Shown here piece after piece: positions 30,801 to 40,185 of a stretch of DNA of 64,000 nucleotides (its first letter is position 1; each line of letters opens with the position of its first letter). The DNA lies in assembly GCA_964612665.1 (NCBI GenBank), contig CAZTCI010000008.1, positions 1,083 through 65,082 on the forward strand, written 5' to 3'. The position numbers and the translations under genes are program-made. The notes under the pieces are model-generated. The model was given only the letters and a program-made list of their open reading frames with translations, did not search any database and was not told the DNA's origin. Source of the stretch: an uncultured Planctomycetales bacterium. GTDB taxonomy: Bacteria; Omnitrophota; Gorgyraeia; Zapsychrales; JAHFFX01.

Positions 30801-33800
30801 AAGCCAGAAGCAGGAAAAGAACCTGCCAAAGAACCGCCCCCAGAAATAAAAGAAGCACCACAGGTCCCTTCTCCTGCAGAGCCGGCGCAGCCTGCGGCGC
30901 AACCTAGCGTTCAAAGTCAAGAAATATCGGCCGCAGCCGTTTCTCCGACGTCAACTGCAAATGAAAAACCCGAACCAAGTATTGAAGATATCTATAAAAA
31001 TGCGATCAATCTTTATAAACAAAAAAATTATGAATTGGCCAAACAGGAATTTGAAGCGATTCAAGTCAAGAATCCGAATTACAAAAAGACCAACACTTAT
31101 CTTTCACGCACTGTCAAGATGATTGAAAAGCAAAAAGAGCAGGTGCGGCTTAATCAGGAAAAATTACGCAATAAATTGATGGCGGCCCAAGAACAACAAG
31201 CACCTTCCTCTATGTCAGCAGGTGAAAGTGCCCAAGGAGCGGGCGCTGCTACGGCCACTGCAAATGCGGAAACCGCGCCACAGGCCAACAATGTTCAAAC
31301 CCCGGAGCCGGCCGCGCCTCATATAGAGGAAGCTAAGGCTGCTGCGCAGCAAGGCAAACATAAATTGACCGAATCCGAGCTTCTCTTAATTAAGCACGCG
31401 GATGAAATGTATCAAAATGCGCTCAATCTTTATCATGATAATAAGATTGAGGAATCGCAGCAGGCGTTTAATGAATTTGAAAAACTGCTAGCAAACAACC
31501 GTTTCCCCGACGATTATTTAAAGAAGATGCGTCTTAAAATAAGGAGTGAACAAAATAAAATCTTGAAAGCTCAGGCTGAAAAGCAAGAGCGCATAAATCG
31601 ACAAAAGCAAAAAGAAGAGCAGCTCGCCAAGAAAAAGGCTGAAGCGGCGCAAAGAATTAAAGACCGCGAAGAAGCCCGCCTTAAAAAACAACAAGAACAG
31701 GCCCAAAAAAAGGCTGAAGCCGAAGCCCGCCAAAAAGAGTGGCAGGAAAAATTGGTCCAGCAAAAAGAAGAACAAAAAAAACAGACCGAGGAAGAAGCCA
31801 AGGTAAAGGCTTTTGAAAAAGAAAATCAAGAAGCAAAAAAGAAAGAACAACAAGAACAAAAACAAGAACAGGCTTCAATCCAAAAGTCCGCTGAAAAACA
31901 AAGCCAGGCTGAAAAAGAAACTCAAACAATAAATCCGCCAGCAGCCCCAGCAACTGCGGCTGCTTCGGAACAAGCCAAAAAAAATGAAGAAAAAAAGCCT
32001 TTAGAAGAAGACAGTTATTTAACGCCTAAACAAAAGGCGATTCTGGCCGCGCAGCAGCGCAAACAAGAGCAAGAAGACCGGCGCAATAAATTGAAGGAAG
32101 AAAAAGAACAGGCCCGTGCCGAATTAGCCCGCCAGCGCGAAGCAGAACGGCAAGAAAAGATACAAAGAAAAGAAGAAGAACGCGAAGCCCGGATTGCCCG
32201 ACGGGAAGAAGAGAAACAGCAAAAAGAAGCCAAACGTCAGGCGGCCCTTCAAAAAAAGTTGGCGCAAGCATCGACCCTTGCCGCTGCTAAAACTTCGGCA
32301 CCAGAATCTTCCGAGAAAACCTCTGACAATTATTCTTTCATGCAAAAAATGAATTCCAGCCAGACGTCAAGCACAGCTTCTCAGCCAGAATCTCAAGCGC
32401 CAGCGCCTAATCCAGCGGAAGAAAAATTAGTGCAGAAACATGAGGCAAAGCAACAGGAATTCGAAGACGGCATAGACTCATTGTATCAAGATGCCCTAAA
32501 ACTTTACAATCAGCGCGACTTGACTTCATCCAAAGTAGTTTTTGAAGAATTAGAAAGCATGAAAAGCAATTACAAAGATACGCGTTCTTATTTGGACAAG
32601 ATCAATCAAGGTTTGACTAAGGGAGAAGAAGGAAAGCAAAATACATTATCGAAAAGTGAGACTGAGCAGCCGCCTGTTGCTGAAATTTCAACTTCTCCGG
32701 CAGAATCAAATTCTGCTCAAGCGAATAACAAGGGAACCACAGAATCACTAGAAACGTCTCCTGTTGAAGTGTCAGGGGAGCCGGTTAAAAATCAGTTAGC
32801 TCAGACTAAAGAAGAAAACACAGCTCTGCCGCCGCCAAACTTTGAAGAAAAAGAATCAAAGAGCGAAGCAACTCCAACAGAAAAACAAGAACAAGCTAAA
32901 CAAGAGAAGAAATTGCGTTCGAATCCTTTGGTCGACAATCTGTATAACGAAGGCGTTAAGATGTATAAAAAAGGGAATTACGCAGAAGCACAGAAAAAGT
33001 TTGATGCAACTGAAACCCTCGCTGGCGATTATAAGCTCACCAAAAAATATCTGGCTGAAATTGAAGAATCCAAATTAAGTCAAAATAAATTAGAAAATGC
33101 CCGTCGGGAAAAGTTGGCGGCTGAACATGAGAGACAGCTCGAAAAAGTAAAGGCAAAAGAAGCTAAAAAACAAGCCAAGCTTGCGCAATTGCAGCAGAAG
33201 CAAGAAGAAAAACTTTTCCGTGAAAAACAAATACAAGAGAAAAAAGAATTAGCCCTTAAGCAAAAGGAAGATCATCTTGCAGCTCAACAGGAAGAGAGAG
33301 AAAAGAAAAAACAATCAAGGCTCGCTTCGCTTCAACAAGGACAAGATGACCAAATTTTACGCGAAAAAGAAACCCAACAATTAGCCGAACGCCAAAAGCA
33401 AGAATCTATGGCCGCTGAAGAGGCCCAATCAGAACGAAAGCAAAAAGTTTTGCTCGAACGCCAGCAAAAAGAAGATGCGAGAAGACAAGCGCTTGAGCAA
33501 AAACAAAAAGAGCAATTATGGCGTGCAAAAGAAAAGCAAGAGCAAAGAGAAATTGCCAGACGTGAAAAAGAAGAACGCCTCGCCGAACTTCAAGAAGAAG
33601 CTGACAGAAAGCATAGAGCGTTAATGGAAAGGCAACAACAAATAGAAGAAGAACAATTTCTGCGTGAACAAAAACAAAGACAAGCCCAAGTAGAGCGGGC
33701 TCAGCTAGACAACGAGCCGTCGACGGATCGCTACAACAATAGACGTAACACTAATCCCCGTTCACTTATTGAACAGACGGAGCAATTTAGAGATGAGGGC

Positions 33801-34385
33801 AGAAGGGCGTTACTTCAACAAAAAGGAGACGAACGGACGTGGCGTGACAGACAAAAACAAGAACAGCAAGATCAAAGACAGCAAATGCTGGCCCTGCAAT
33901 GCGAACAGGAAAAACAAAAAAGAGAATTAAGGGATTTCAGTAAGGCCATGGACACCGAATTGAACCGCGTGGAAAGAAGTTTGGATGAAAATAAAAGAAT
34001 GACTGCCTTGGCATCGTCGAGATATTCCTCAGCGAAGTACGGCCGTCCTTCTTATCCAACCAGGACAAAAGCAAAGCCCAGAAGTTCGGCAGCGTCTTCG
34101 CAGGGGACAGAATTTGATTCTCCTTATAGTAACGATTTAAGAAACCCGAATTGCTTTATTAAAGCCGAGGCGCTTTATAAAGAAGGGCTCCGTTTTTATG
34201 ATCTCCAAGATTTTGAAAGGGCCCAGCGGAAATTTCTAGAGGTCGAACACCTGGTGCCTGGATACAAACGCGTCCGTTATTATTTAAATAATTTACCAAC
34301 CTGCCCTAGGTCTTTAGACTCCCAATCCAAAAGAGAGCAGGGCACTGATAGTCTGATTGCCGAAACGTTAGAAAAAAGACGATGA
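27807..34385 (+). CDS. Giant (~2190 aa) secreted charged coiled-coil protein with nine dispersed single TPR-like modules.
   Basis: ATG 27807 overlaps the upstream stop. The signal peptide is MTAMSTAKILKNFLIVFSLPFCIVAFNTFAAAAE. There are long K/E/Q/R-rich heptad-like stretches. Nine ~45-aa modules fit Y..A..LY....F..A...F..VE.L.P.YK.T..YL..I, for example YEEAVALYKHQDFMAARSKFVEVENLVADYKDTNKYLDKID. Confidence 0.7.
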   Translation: MTAMSTAKILKNFLIVFSLPFCIVAFNTFAAAAETPQTQDTQTSTATTPVSTPSSTADSSASSDTPSSSDQQPMAIPTLPEKKSLSSKDQSGYTVNLQELIKRSKEKIKEVNKKLENQAKKKRNQQREEKARQYYERGNQLYAEGRYDEARLEWEKAIKITEHPEMKDYVRENPGLFNHEVSALKKAANAQKKQIALTEEQRDKEVSTSYNAAVSLYKQKKFEAAKEEFLHVEELMPGHKATESYLKIIDQDILTQRTELDKEKVKEEERQRQEEELAQKKAKEEWQKRIDKQEKEREQKQLAQADTIYREAVVLYQHKRFVQAKEKFQEVEWVSPNYKNTQKYLKNIDKDIKEEDRRVILERQRELDEEKKKTDTQKKKEQDDREVQITEQKREELRKLTDKTDATYEEAVALYKHQDFMAARSKFVEVENLVADYKDTNKYLDKIDVIIERQTGQKPAKDVKTDTKESQPVEEKTAKAISKSESLQEEVKKEPAAQEESAPKESKEQVVKNESEESQTKDESSSAEESSSSVTAALTSSESQEKVEEAKEPEVSTAKKDSIAESAESEKAVQANNNEESVELRRLKEKQKELEEKEREATQRQRMLQDAKAKAEEAKRAAEEKANQAQAALAEKEKAVKDLAKLQTDLEAARKKVQEEKVKQARLAEEQKRKEAVLNEIAEDKSVKAANEKEIALAQQKANEARQLVEDKTRLEEAARHEKENALAQQKVFEEKARRAQAKMKQLQERRERIVQNLREREIFVESPTDVNPETFGAPLLFEPEKETLRSQAARYKAELRRAREENRQEKIAQQEKERLRQKTDEAQLRIEQNEKRAEAVMKKNDEILQRHLINKEDAEDQHFNREKLAQDKRSMKEMNREELNEQKRKGKELKRMIKLDEEREAELARQQADQIKLLENRNNQQEIQCSEENLPILESSGMIPGNWHIMCEPRQQRQKADVSLLDQEKKLKQFYNDLKEHKYPKIQKKQTSHQKPVKPEAGKEPAKEPPPEIKEAPQVPSPAEPAQPAAQPSVQSQEISAAAVSPTSTANEKPEPSIEDIYKNAINLYKQKNYELAKQEFEAIQVKNPNYKKTNTYLSRTVKMIEKQKEQVRLNQEKLRNKLMAAQEQQAPSSMSAGESAQGAGAATATANAETAPQANNVQTPEPAAPHIEEAKAAAQQGKHKLTESELLLIKHADEMYQNALNLYHDNKIEESQQAFNEFEKLLANNRFPDDYLKKMRLKIRSEQNKILKAQAEKQERINRQKQKEEQLAKKKAEAAQRIKDREEARLKKQQEQAQKKAEAEARQKEWQEKLVQQKEEQKKQTEEEAKVKAFEKENQEAKKKEQQEQKQEQASIQKSAEKQSQAEKETQTINPPAAPATAAASEQAKKNEEKKPLEEDSYLTPKQKAILAAQQRKQEQEDRRNKLKEEKEQARAELARQREAERQEKIQRKEEEREARIARREEEKQQKEAKRQAALQKKLAQASTLAAAKTSAPESSEKTSDNYSFMQKMNSSQTSSTASQPESQAPAPNPAEEKLVQKHEAKQQEFEDGIDSLYQDALKLYNQRDLTSSKVVFEELESMKSNYKDTRSYLDKINQGLTKGEEGKQNTLSKSETEQPPVAEISTSPAESNSAQANNKGTTESLETSPVEVSGEPVKNQLAQTKEENTALPPPNFEEKESKSEATPTEKQEQAKQEKKLRSNPLVDNLYNEGVKMYKKGNYAEAQKKFDATETLAGDYKLTKKYLAEIEESKLSQNKLENARREKLAAEHERQLEKVKAKEAKKQAKLAQLQQKQEEKLFREKQIQEKKELALKQKEDHLAAQQEEREKKKQSRLASLQQGQDDQILREKETQQLAERQKQESMAAEEAQSERKQKVLLERQQKEDARRQALEQKQKEQLWRAKEKQEQREIARREKEERLAELQEEADRKHRALMERQQQIEEEQFLREQKQRQAQVERAQLDNEPSTDRYNNRRNTNPRSLIEQTEQFRDEGRRALLQQKGDERTWRDRQKQEQQDQRQQMLALQCEQEKQKRELRDFSKAMDTELNRVERSLDENKRMTALASSRYSSAKYGRPSYPTRTKAKPRSSAASSQGTEFDSPYSNDLRNPNCFIKAEALYKEGLRFYDLQDFERAQRKFLEVEHLVPGYKRVRYYLNNLPTCPRSLDSQSKREQGTDSLIAETLEKRR

Positions 34386-34840
34386 ATTCCAGCAACGTTA
34401 AGCTAAGGATTTTTTATCTATCTGTTTTTTTATTCGGCTTTTTTATCGGCGTTGCCGGCGCCACTCCTCCTTCCGCTATTAATCTTACCTATGATTTAGA
34501 TAACCAAAAATTGCATTTTGATATAACGCATGTCAGCCGCGAACTCCCTCAGCACCGTATCCGTAAAGTTGTTATTTATATAAACGACCAAGAATATAAA
34601 ACCTTAAGATACGTGACTCAAACCAACGGCGCACATTTGATTGATGATCTGACCGTCAATGCCAAGCCTGGTGACAGTATCCGGGTTGTGGCCGTCTGCA
34701 GTGATTCCGGACGTGGAGAACAAACGCTCATTGTCCCAGCGCCGGAGAAAGACAAAACACAGTCAGAAACGCCCGCCCAACCCGCCGTTCAGCTACCAAA
34801 CAATACTCAAAGCAATTCCTCTCCACCAACAAATTATTGA
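34382..34840 (+). CDS. Hypothetical secreted protein (152 aa), translationally coupled to the coiled-coil gene.
   Basis: There is an ATGA overlap with the upstream gene. The N-terminal hydrophobic segment is IFYLSVFLFGFFIGVAGA. The C-terminal tail is Pro/Thr/Gln-rich. Confidence 0.5.
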   Translation: MNSSNVKLRIFYLSVFLFGFFIGVAGATPPSAINLTYDLDNQKLHFDITHVSRELPQHRIRKVVIYINDQEYKTLRYVTQTNGAHLIDDLTVNAKPGDSIRVVAVCSDSGRGEQTLIVPAPEKDKTQSETPAQPAVQLPNNTQSNSSPPTNY

Positions 34841-34922
34841 CATTACTCAATAAACTTAGGAAAATCCTTTGGGCTGATTTATTTTTTTAACGCTCTTAAT
34901 TAAGAAATTTTTAAAGAATTCA

Positions 34923-37106
34923 ATGTCAGATTATTTATCAACGGAAAATAAAAAGTATAGTAACCGGCTGGCCCGCGAAAAAAGTCCTTATCTATTACAG
35001 CACGCGCATAATCCAGTGGATTGGTTTCCGTGGGGTGAGGAAGCTTTTCTTAAAGCCAAAAAAGAAGACAAGCCGATTTTTCTTTCGATTGGTTATTCGA
35101 CCTGCCACTGGTGTCATGTCATGGAACACGAATCATTCAAAGACGAAGAGACCTCCCGGATTTTAAACGAATTTTTTGTACCGATCAAGGTTGATCGGGA
35201 AGAGCGGCCGGACATTGATCATATTTATATGCTTGCCGTGTCATCCATGACGGGTCAGGGCGGCTGGCCGTTAAACGCTTTCTTGACGACCGATTTAAAA
35301 CCGTTTTATGGCGGCACCTATTTTCCTCCCGAAGCGCGTTGGGGCCAGCCAGCCTTTAGAGATGTTTTAAAAGCGATCCATGACGCCTGGCTTAACCGTC
35401 GCGAACAAATCATTGAGTCTAGCGCGTCTTTGATTCAAAACTTACAAGAACGACTCAGCGCCAAGCGCCAAGAAGAAACTCTTAATCCGGATATCCTGGG
35501 TCGTGCCTTTCAACAGTTTCATGGACAATTTGATGAACGCTACGGCGGGTTCGGTGACCAGCCCAAATTTCCGACGGGGCACAATCTTATGTTTCTGCTG
35601 CGCTACTGGCACAGGGAGTTGGAAGATAACGCGCTCATGATGGTTGACAAAACTTTGAGACACATGGCCCGCGGGGGAATTTATGATCAACTCGGCGGTG
35701 GATTTCACCGTTACTCAACGGATTCTCAATGGCAGATCCCGCATTTTGAAAAAATGCTTTATGACCAGGCGATTTTGGCGCGCAGTTACCTTGAAGCTTA
35801 TCAAGCAACGCACAATGAAGAGTATCGGCGGATGGTTGAAGAAATTTCGGATTATGTCCTGCGTGATCTGCGCGATCCGCGGGGCGGATTTTATTCAGCG
35901 GAAGATGCGGATAGTCTTGAAGAGAAGAAACGAGAGACGAATGAGGTGTCGTCCATCGTCCATCGTCCATCGTCTCTCGTTAAAAAAGAAGGCGCTTTTT
36001 ATCTCTGGCGCTTTACTGAAATGGAAACCATATTAGAGAAAGATGCGCTGGTTTTTAATTATTATTTTGGGATTGAAAAAGAAGGCAACGCACAGTTCGA
36101 TCCGCATGGCGAATTTGTTGGTAAGAATGTTTTATACATCGTCCATACTTTGGAAGAAACGGCACAGAAATTCAATATGCCGGTTGAAGAAGTCAAGAGT
36201 CTTATCAAACGTTCCAAAGAAAAACTTTTAAACGCGCGGGAAAAGCGCCCGCGTCCGCATTTAGATGACAAAATCCTCGTCGATTGGAATGGCTTGATGA
36301 TCGGTGCTCTAGCGATCGCTGGCCGGGTTTTGAATGATGACCGTTACAAGAAAGCCGCTGTCAGCGCCGCAGAATTTATATTGAATAATTTAGTTAATAA
36401 CGAAGGCCGGCTTTTGCATCGTTATCGCGATGGTGAATCTGCGATTCAGGGAACGATTGGTGATTACGCGTTTTTTATTCATGGATTATTGGAGTTGTAT
36501 GAAGCAACTTTTGAGGTGAGGTTTCTTGAAGAAGCGCTCAAGTTTGCGGATAAAATGCTCAAATTATTTTGGGATGAGAAAGAAGGCGGATTTTTTATGA
36601 CAGAGTCAACCGGCCCAGACCTTATCTTGCGTCCCAAAGAAATCTACGACGGCGCGATCCCGTCGGGTAATTCAATTGCTTCGTTGGATTTAATCCGGTT
36701 ATATTATCTGACCATGGACAAACGCTGGCTTGATAAGGTTGAAAGCAACTTTGCAGTCTTTGCCCATGAAATCAGCCGGGTCCCCAGCGCTTATGCGCAA
36801 ATGCTGATTGCTTATGATTTTTTTGTTGGCCCAGTCAAAGAAATTGTGATTGTGCCGGGTTCAAAAGAAGATAACGGAACAGTTTTAAACATGATTCAAC
36901 ACGTTTACGCCCGTTTTCTTCCGAATAAAGCTGTGATTGTGAAGCCCTTTGATCCAATATCAAATGAAAAATTGGTTAAACTGATCCCTACCATTAAAGA
37001 TCAGGGGTCAGTTGAAGGAAAGACGAGCGTCTATATTTGTCAAAATCATGTGTGCCAGCGGCCTATTATTAGGGAAGAAGAGCTTGATGTTCTTTTGAAC
37101 GAATGA
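34923..37106 (+). CDS. Thioredoxin-domain-containing protein (DUF255/YyaL family; thioredoxin-like N-domain fused to a six-hairpin N-acylglucosamine-2-epimerase-like domain).
   Basis: The N-terminal signature is [49 protein letters not shown]. The protein is 727 aa. Confidence 0.85.
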   Translation: MSDYLSTENKKYSNRLAREKSPYLLQHAHNPVDWFPWGEEAFLKAKKEDKPIFLSIGYSTCHWCHVMEHESFKDEETSRILNEFFVPIKVDREERPDIDHIYMLAVSSMTGQGGWPLNAFLTTDLKPFYGGTYFPPEARWGQPAFRDVLKAIHDAWLNRREQIIESSASLIQNLQERLSAKRQEETLNPDILGRAFQQFHGQFDERYGGFGDQPKFPTGHNLMFLLRYWHRELEDNALMMVDKTLRHMARGGIYDQLGGGFHRYSTDSQWQIPHFEKMLYDQAILARSYLEAYQATHNEEYRRMVEEISDYVLRDLRDPRGGFYSAEDADSLEEKKRETNEVSSIVHRPSSLVKKEGAFYLWRFTEMETILEKDALVFNYYFGIEKEGNAQFDPHGEFVGKNVLYIVHTLEETAQKFNMPVEEVKSLIKRSKEKLLNAREKRPRPHLDDKILVDWNGLMIGALAIAGRVLNDDRYKKAAVSAAEFILNNLVNNEGRLLHRYRDGESAIQGTIGDYAFFIHGLLELYEATFEVRFLEEALKFADKMLKLFWDEKEGGFFMTESTGPDLILRPKEIYDGAIPSGNSIASLDLIRLYYLTMDKRWLDKVESNFAVFAHEISRVPSAYAQMLIAYDFFVGPVKEIVIVPGSKEDNGTVLNMIQHVYARFLPNKAVIVKPFDPISNEKLVKLIPTIKDQGSVEGKTSVYICQNHVCQRPIIREEELDVLLNE

Positions 37107-37152
37107 ATTCAGATAAATTAAAAAACCGCTGGCAAAACTCATCAACGAAGGA

Positions 37153-37181
37153 TTGACAACCCCTGGAGGCTCGATTAGACT
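37153..37181 (+). promoter_or_regulatory. Putative sigma70-type promoter for the AsmA gene.
   Basis: TTGACA, then a 17-nt spacer, then TAGACT, about 65 nt upstream of ATG 37246. Confidence 0.3.
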
Positions 37182-37245
37182 ATAGAAAAAATTTTTGGGA
37201 TTCTTAAAAAAAATACGAATGTTTAAATAAACCGGAGTTTTCGGA

Positions 37246-39495
37246 ATGAAAATATTAAAAATCATTGGCATTGTTATATTAGTATTGATTGTCGTCGGCG
37301 CAGTTGTCCTGGTCATATTTGTTAAAACATTCGATATCGCCCGCTATAAACCGCAAATTTTACAGCAAGCCCAAAAAGCACTCGGTCGGCTGGTTGATTT
37401 TCAAGATATTCATCTTGATATATCTTTCAAAGATGGATTAAGCTTGAACCTTAAGAATTTTACAATCGAAGACGACCCGCGTTTTCAAAAAGGGAATTGC
37501 GTAGCCGTCGACACAATCGCCTTGGGCGTTGATCTTTTCTCGATCATCACCAAACAAAAGGTCCTTGTCTCAAGCGTTCAAATCGAAGCCCCGGACATTG
37601 TTGTCATTAAAGATAAAAACGGTGTCATTAATCTTCAGCAGTTAGGCCAACAGCCAACGGCCCCGGCCGCAACCGGAACACCCACACCAACTCCGACGGG
37701 TGTGGAGTATCCTTCGGCCACTTCGACATCCACTCAAACGACGGCCATGAGCTTACCGCCCATCCTGATTCACACAATCAAAATCAATAACGGCCATCTG
37801 CGATACGTTGATCAGTCATTCAGTCCAGAAGTCAATGCGGATGTAAATCAGCTCGGCATTCAGGTCAATGACTTTTCGTTGGATAAGCCGTTTAGTTTTA
37901 TGGCCGCGGCCGCTGTCTTAAGCGATGCCAAGAATGTACAGGTTTCTGGAAACGCCGAGCTAAATCTGAGAAAAAATGAAGTTCATTTAACCAATGTAAA
38001 GACCAACGTCAATTTAACCCAGATTTCTCTTGGGTCAGTAAGCAAAATTGTTCCGTTACCGCCTAAAACGCCGTTTCCACAAACTTTGCAAGGGATGCTT
38101 GAGGTTGTGGTTAAAGATTTAGTTGTGAATCCTCAGCATCCGCCTTCCCTAATAATAGATGTTCAGTTAACCAACGGACGTGTGGCTTTTAAAGATATCG
38201 CCCCGGGCGTTTCTGTCGACACGTCCTTAATTAATTTCAATGTGAATCAGTTCTCCTTGAATAATCCGTTTTCTTTTAAAGGACAGGCCGCTGTTTTTAG
38301 TACGGAACCTGACATCAACTTGGAGGGTTCGGCTAAATTTGATATGGCCACAAACACCGTCGAGGTTAAAAACACGAATTTGGATGTTGATTTTGCTAAA
38401 GTAACGACCGCGGCGCTCACCTCAGCCATCAGCATGTTAAAAACTGACCAGCTTCCGGAATCAATGACCGGACAGCTGAACGTTAATCTTAAGAGTTTTG
38501 AAACGGGTGGGCCTAAAGGTATTAAAAATTGTGTTTTGATCGGTGATTTGAAAAACGGTAGTGTCAAATTAAGCCAGCTTCTTGTGCCGATTCAAATCGG
38601 CCAGCTTACATTCAATGTGATGGGTACTAAAGCGGACTTTAACACGGTTGTGAATATTGGTGAAGGTAATTTGACCGCCCAAGGCAATTTAAACGATCTT
38701 TTAAGCCAACAAGGTTTTGTGGCAGACATGAAATTGGCTAATTTAGATTTAAGCAAAACCTTAAACCAAGTCAGCCAGCCAGTCAAAATCCAAGGAACTC
38801 TCCTCGGAGAATACTCGCTGAGGGCCGAAGGTCTTGATCCTGATCATTTCATGAAAACACTTTCAGGCAACGGGAATTTTCAAATTAAAGATGGTCGCTT
38901 AACCGATATGAATATTTTGAAAATGGTTTTGGACAAAATTTCGGTTATCCCGAATTTAGGCCAGAAAGTCCAAGCCAATCTGCCGCCCGCTTATCAAACC
39001 AAATTGCAGCAGAAAGACACGATTCTCAATAAAGTTTATATAAATTCACTTTTGCAAAACGCTGCGATCGTGATTCAACCCATGGAAGTGGACGCTGATG
39101 GGTTTTTACTTAATGCTGACGGTAATGTTGGATTTGATTTAAATACTTCTTTAAAAGCGGACTTTATTATACCGGCCGATTTAAGTGAAAAGATCATCGC
39201 CGGTACACCGGAACTGCAGTTATTGACCGATGAGAACAAGCGCATTTCTTTCCCCGGAAAAATTTCCGGAAAATATCCTCAAATCAGTTATTTGCCAGAC
39301 GTAGAATATATCGGTAAACGGATCATTCAAAATAAAGGCAAAGAGCAATTGGAAAAAGTTTTGGACAAAGTCTTTGGTTCTAAAGATTCTTCTTCACAAG
39401 GGACAACCAGCTCCGACGGCCAAAACCCGCAGCCGAAAGAAAAGCGTCCCGAACAACAACTCCTCGAGGGCATTCTGGATAAAGTTTTTAAATGA
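37246..39495 (+). CDS. AsmA-family protein (AsmA/TamB-like outer-membrane assembly or lipid transport).
   Basis: It has an N-terminal TM anchor (IIGIVILVLIVVGAVVLVIFV) followed by DIARYKPQILQQAQKALGRLVDFQDIHLDISFKDGL.. and a long beta-rich body typical of AsmA. Confidence 0.65.
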   Translation: MKILKIIGIVILVLIVVGAVVLVIFVKTFDIARYKPQILQQAQKALGRLVDFQDIHLDISFKDGLSLNLKNFTIEDDPRFQKGNCVAVDTIALGVDLFSIITKQKVLVSSVQIEAPDIVVIKDKNGVINLQQLGQQPTAPAATGTPTPTPTGVEYPSATSTSTQTTAMSLPPILIHTIKINNGHLRYVDQSFSPEVNADVNQLGIQVNDFSLDKPFSFMAAAAVLSDAKNVQVSGNAELNLRKNEVHLTNVKTNVNLTQISLGSVSKIVPLPPKTPFPQTLQGMLEVVVKDLVVNPQHPPSLIIDVQLTNGRVAFKDIAPGVSVDTSLINFNVNQFSLNNPFSFKGQAAVFSTEPDINLEGSAKFDMATNTVEVKNTNLDVDFAKVTTAALTSAISMLKTDQLPESMTGQLNVNLKSFETGGPKGIKNCVLIGDLKNGSVKLSQLLVPIQIGQLTFNVMGTKADFNTVVNIGEGNLTAQGNLNDLLSQQGFVADMKLANLDLSKTLNQVSQPVKIQGTLLGEYSLRAEGLDPDHFMKTLSGNGNFQIKDGRLTDMNILKMVLDKISVIPNLGQKVQANLPPAYQTKLQQKDTILNKVYINSLLQNAAIVIQPMEVDADGFLLNADGNVGFDLNTSLKADFIIPADLSEKIIAGTPELQLLTDENKRISFPGKISGKYPQISYLPDVEYIGKRIIQNKGKEQLEKVLDKVFGSKDSSSQGTTSSDGQNPQPKEKRPEQQLLEGILDKVFK

Positions 39496-40001
39496 CCACC
39501 TATCAATTCAAAGGAAAACTCCTGCGCCTGGTCACTGAAAAAAAACGCCTGCCTAACGGGCATGTTTCCACTCTTGAAATTATTAAACATCCAGGAGCCG
39601 TTTTGATTGTCCCGTTCGTCAGACTGAATGAAATCGCCTTTGTCTACCAATACCGCGCCACGTTAGGCCTTTATCTTTACGAACTTCCCGCCGGCACATT
39701 AAATCCAAATGAAAGTTTGCGGCAATGTGCTTTACGTGAATTAACCGAAGAAACCGGATTTGAGACCAAACGTTTAACCTATCTGGGAAAGATTTTTCCT
39801 GTGCCGGGTTATTCAACGGAAGTTATTTCTATTTTTAAAGGCGAACAACTTAAAGTAAGTCCTTCACCAAAATTCAAAGATAAAGATGAAGTCATTAAAG
39901 TGAAAATTTTGAACCCGACCGAGATAAAAACGCTTTTTAAAAAAGGCCGAATCACCGACGCCAAAACGATTTGCGGATTGGCAATGTGCGGGATTATTTA
40001 G
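39492..40001 (+). CDS. NUDIX hydrolase (ADP-ribose pyrophosphatase-like).
   Basis: The Nudix box is GTLNPNESLRQCALRELTEETGF. There is an ATGA overlap with the AsmA gene. Confidence 0.8.
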   Translation: MTTYQFKGKLLRLVTEKKRLPNGHVSTLEIIKHPGAVLIVPFVRLNEIAFVYQYRATLGLYLYELPAGTLNPNESLRQCALRELTEETGFETKRLTYLGKIFPVPGYSTEVISIFKGEQLKVSPSPKFKDKDEVIKVKILNPTEIKTLFKKGRITDAKTICGLAMCGII

Positions 40002-40029
40002 TTGAGGCATCGGGGCGTTTTTCATGTCG

Positions 40030-40130
40030 GGCCTCATCCTGAGCGAGGCTATCGTTCTTAACTGTGGACCGAGTTGAAGGATCTCACAAAACCCTTCGAC
40101 TCGTCCCTAATGGGCTCGCTCAGGGTGAGA
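40030..40130 (+). promoter_or_regulatory. Structured leader or 3'-UTR region with nested 10-bp stems.
   Basis: cctgagcgag (40038-47) pairs with ctcgctcagg (40116-25). gagttgaagg (40071-80) pairs with ccttcgactc (40093-102). There is also a local hairpin gcctc..gaggc. Confidence 0.3.
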
Positions 40131-40185
40131 CCATTAGAATAAAAAATTCCCGAGGGGGCTCATTTAGCTGAGGAGAGAAGTTACC

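Noticed and set aside
18822-34300. Short ORFs nested in the 3020-aa and 2190-aa genes (e.g. 19647-19961, 21711-22127, 28056-28343, 31518-31865, 32015-32345).
   Set aside because: They overlap the giant ORFs on the opposite strand or in other frames. Their compositions (F/L-rich from antisense K/E-rich sequence) are typical frame artefacts.
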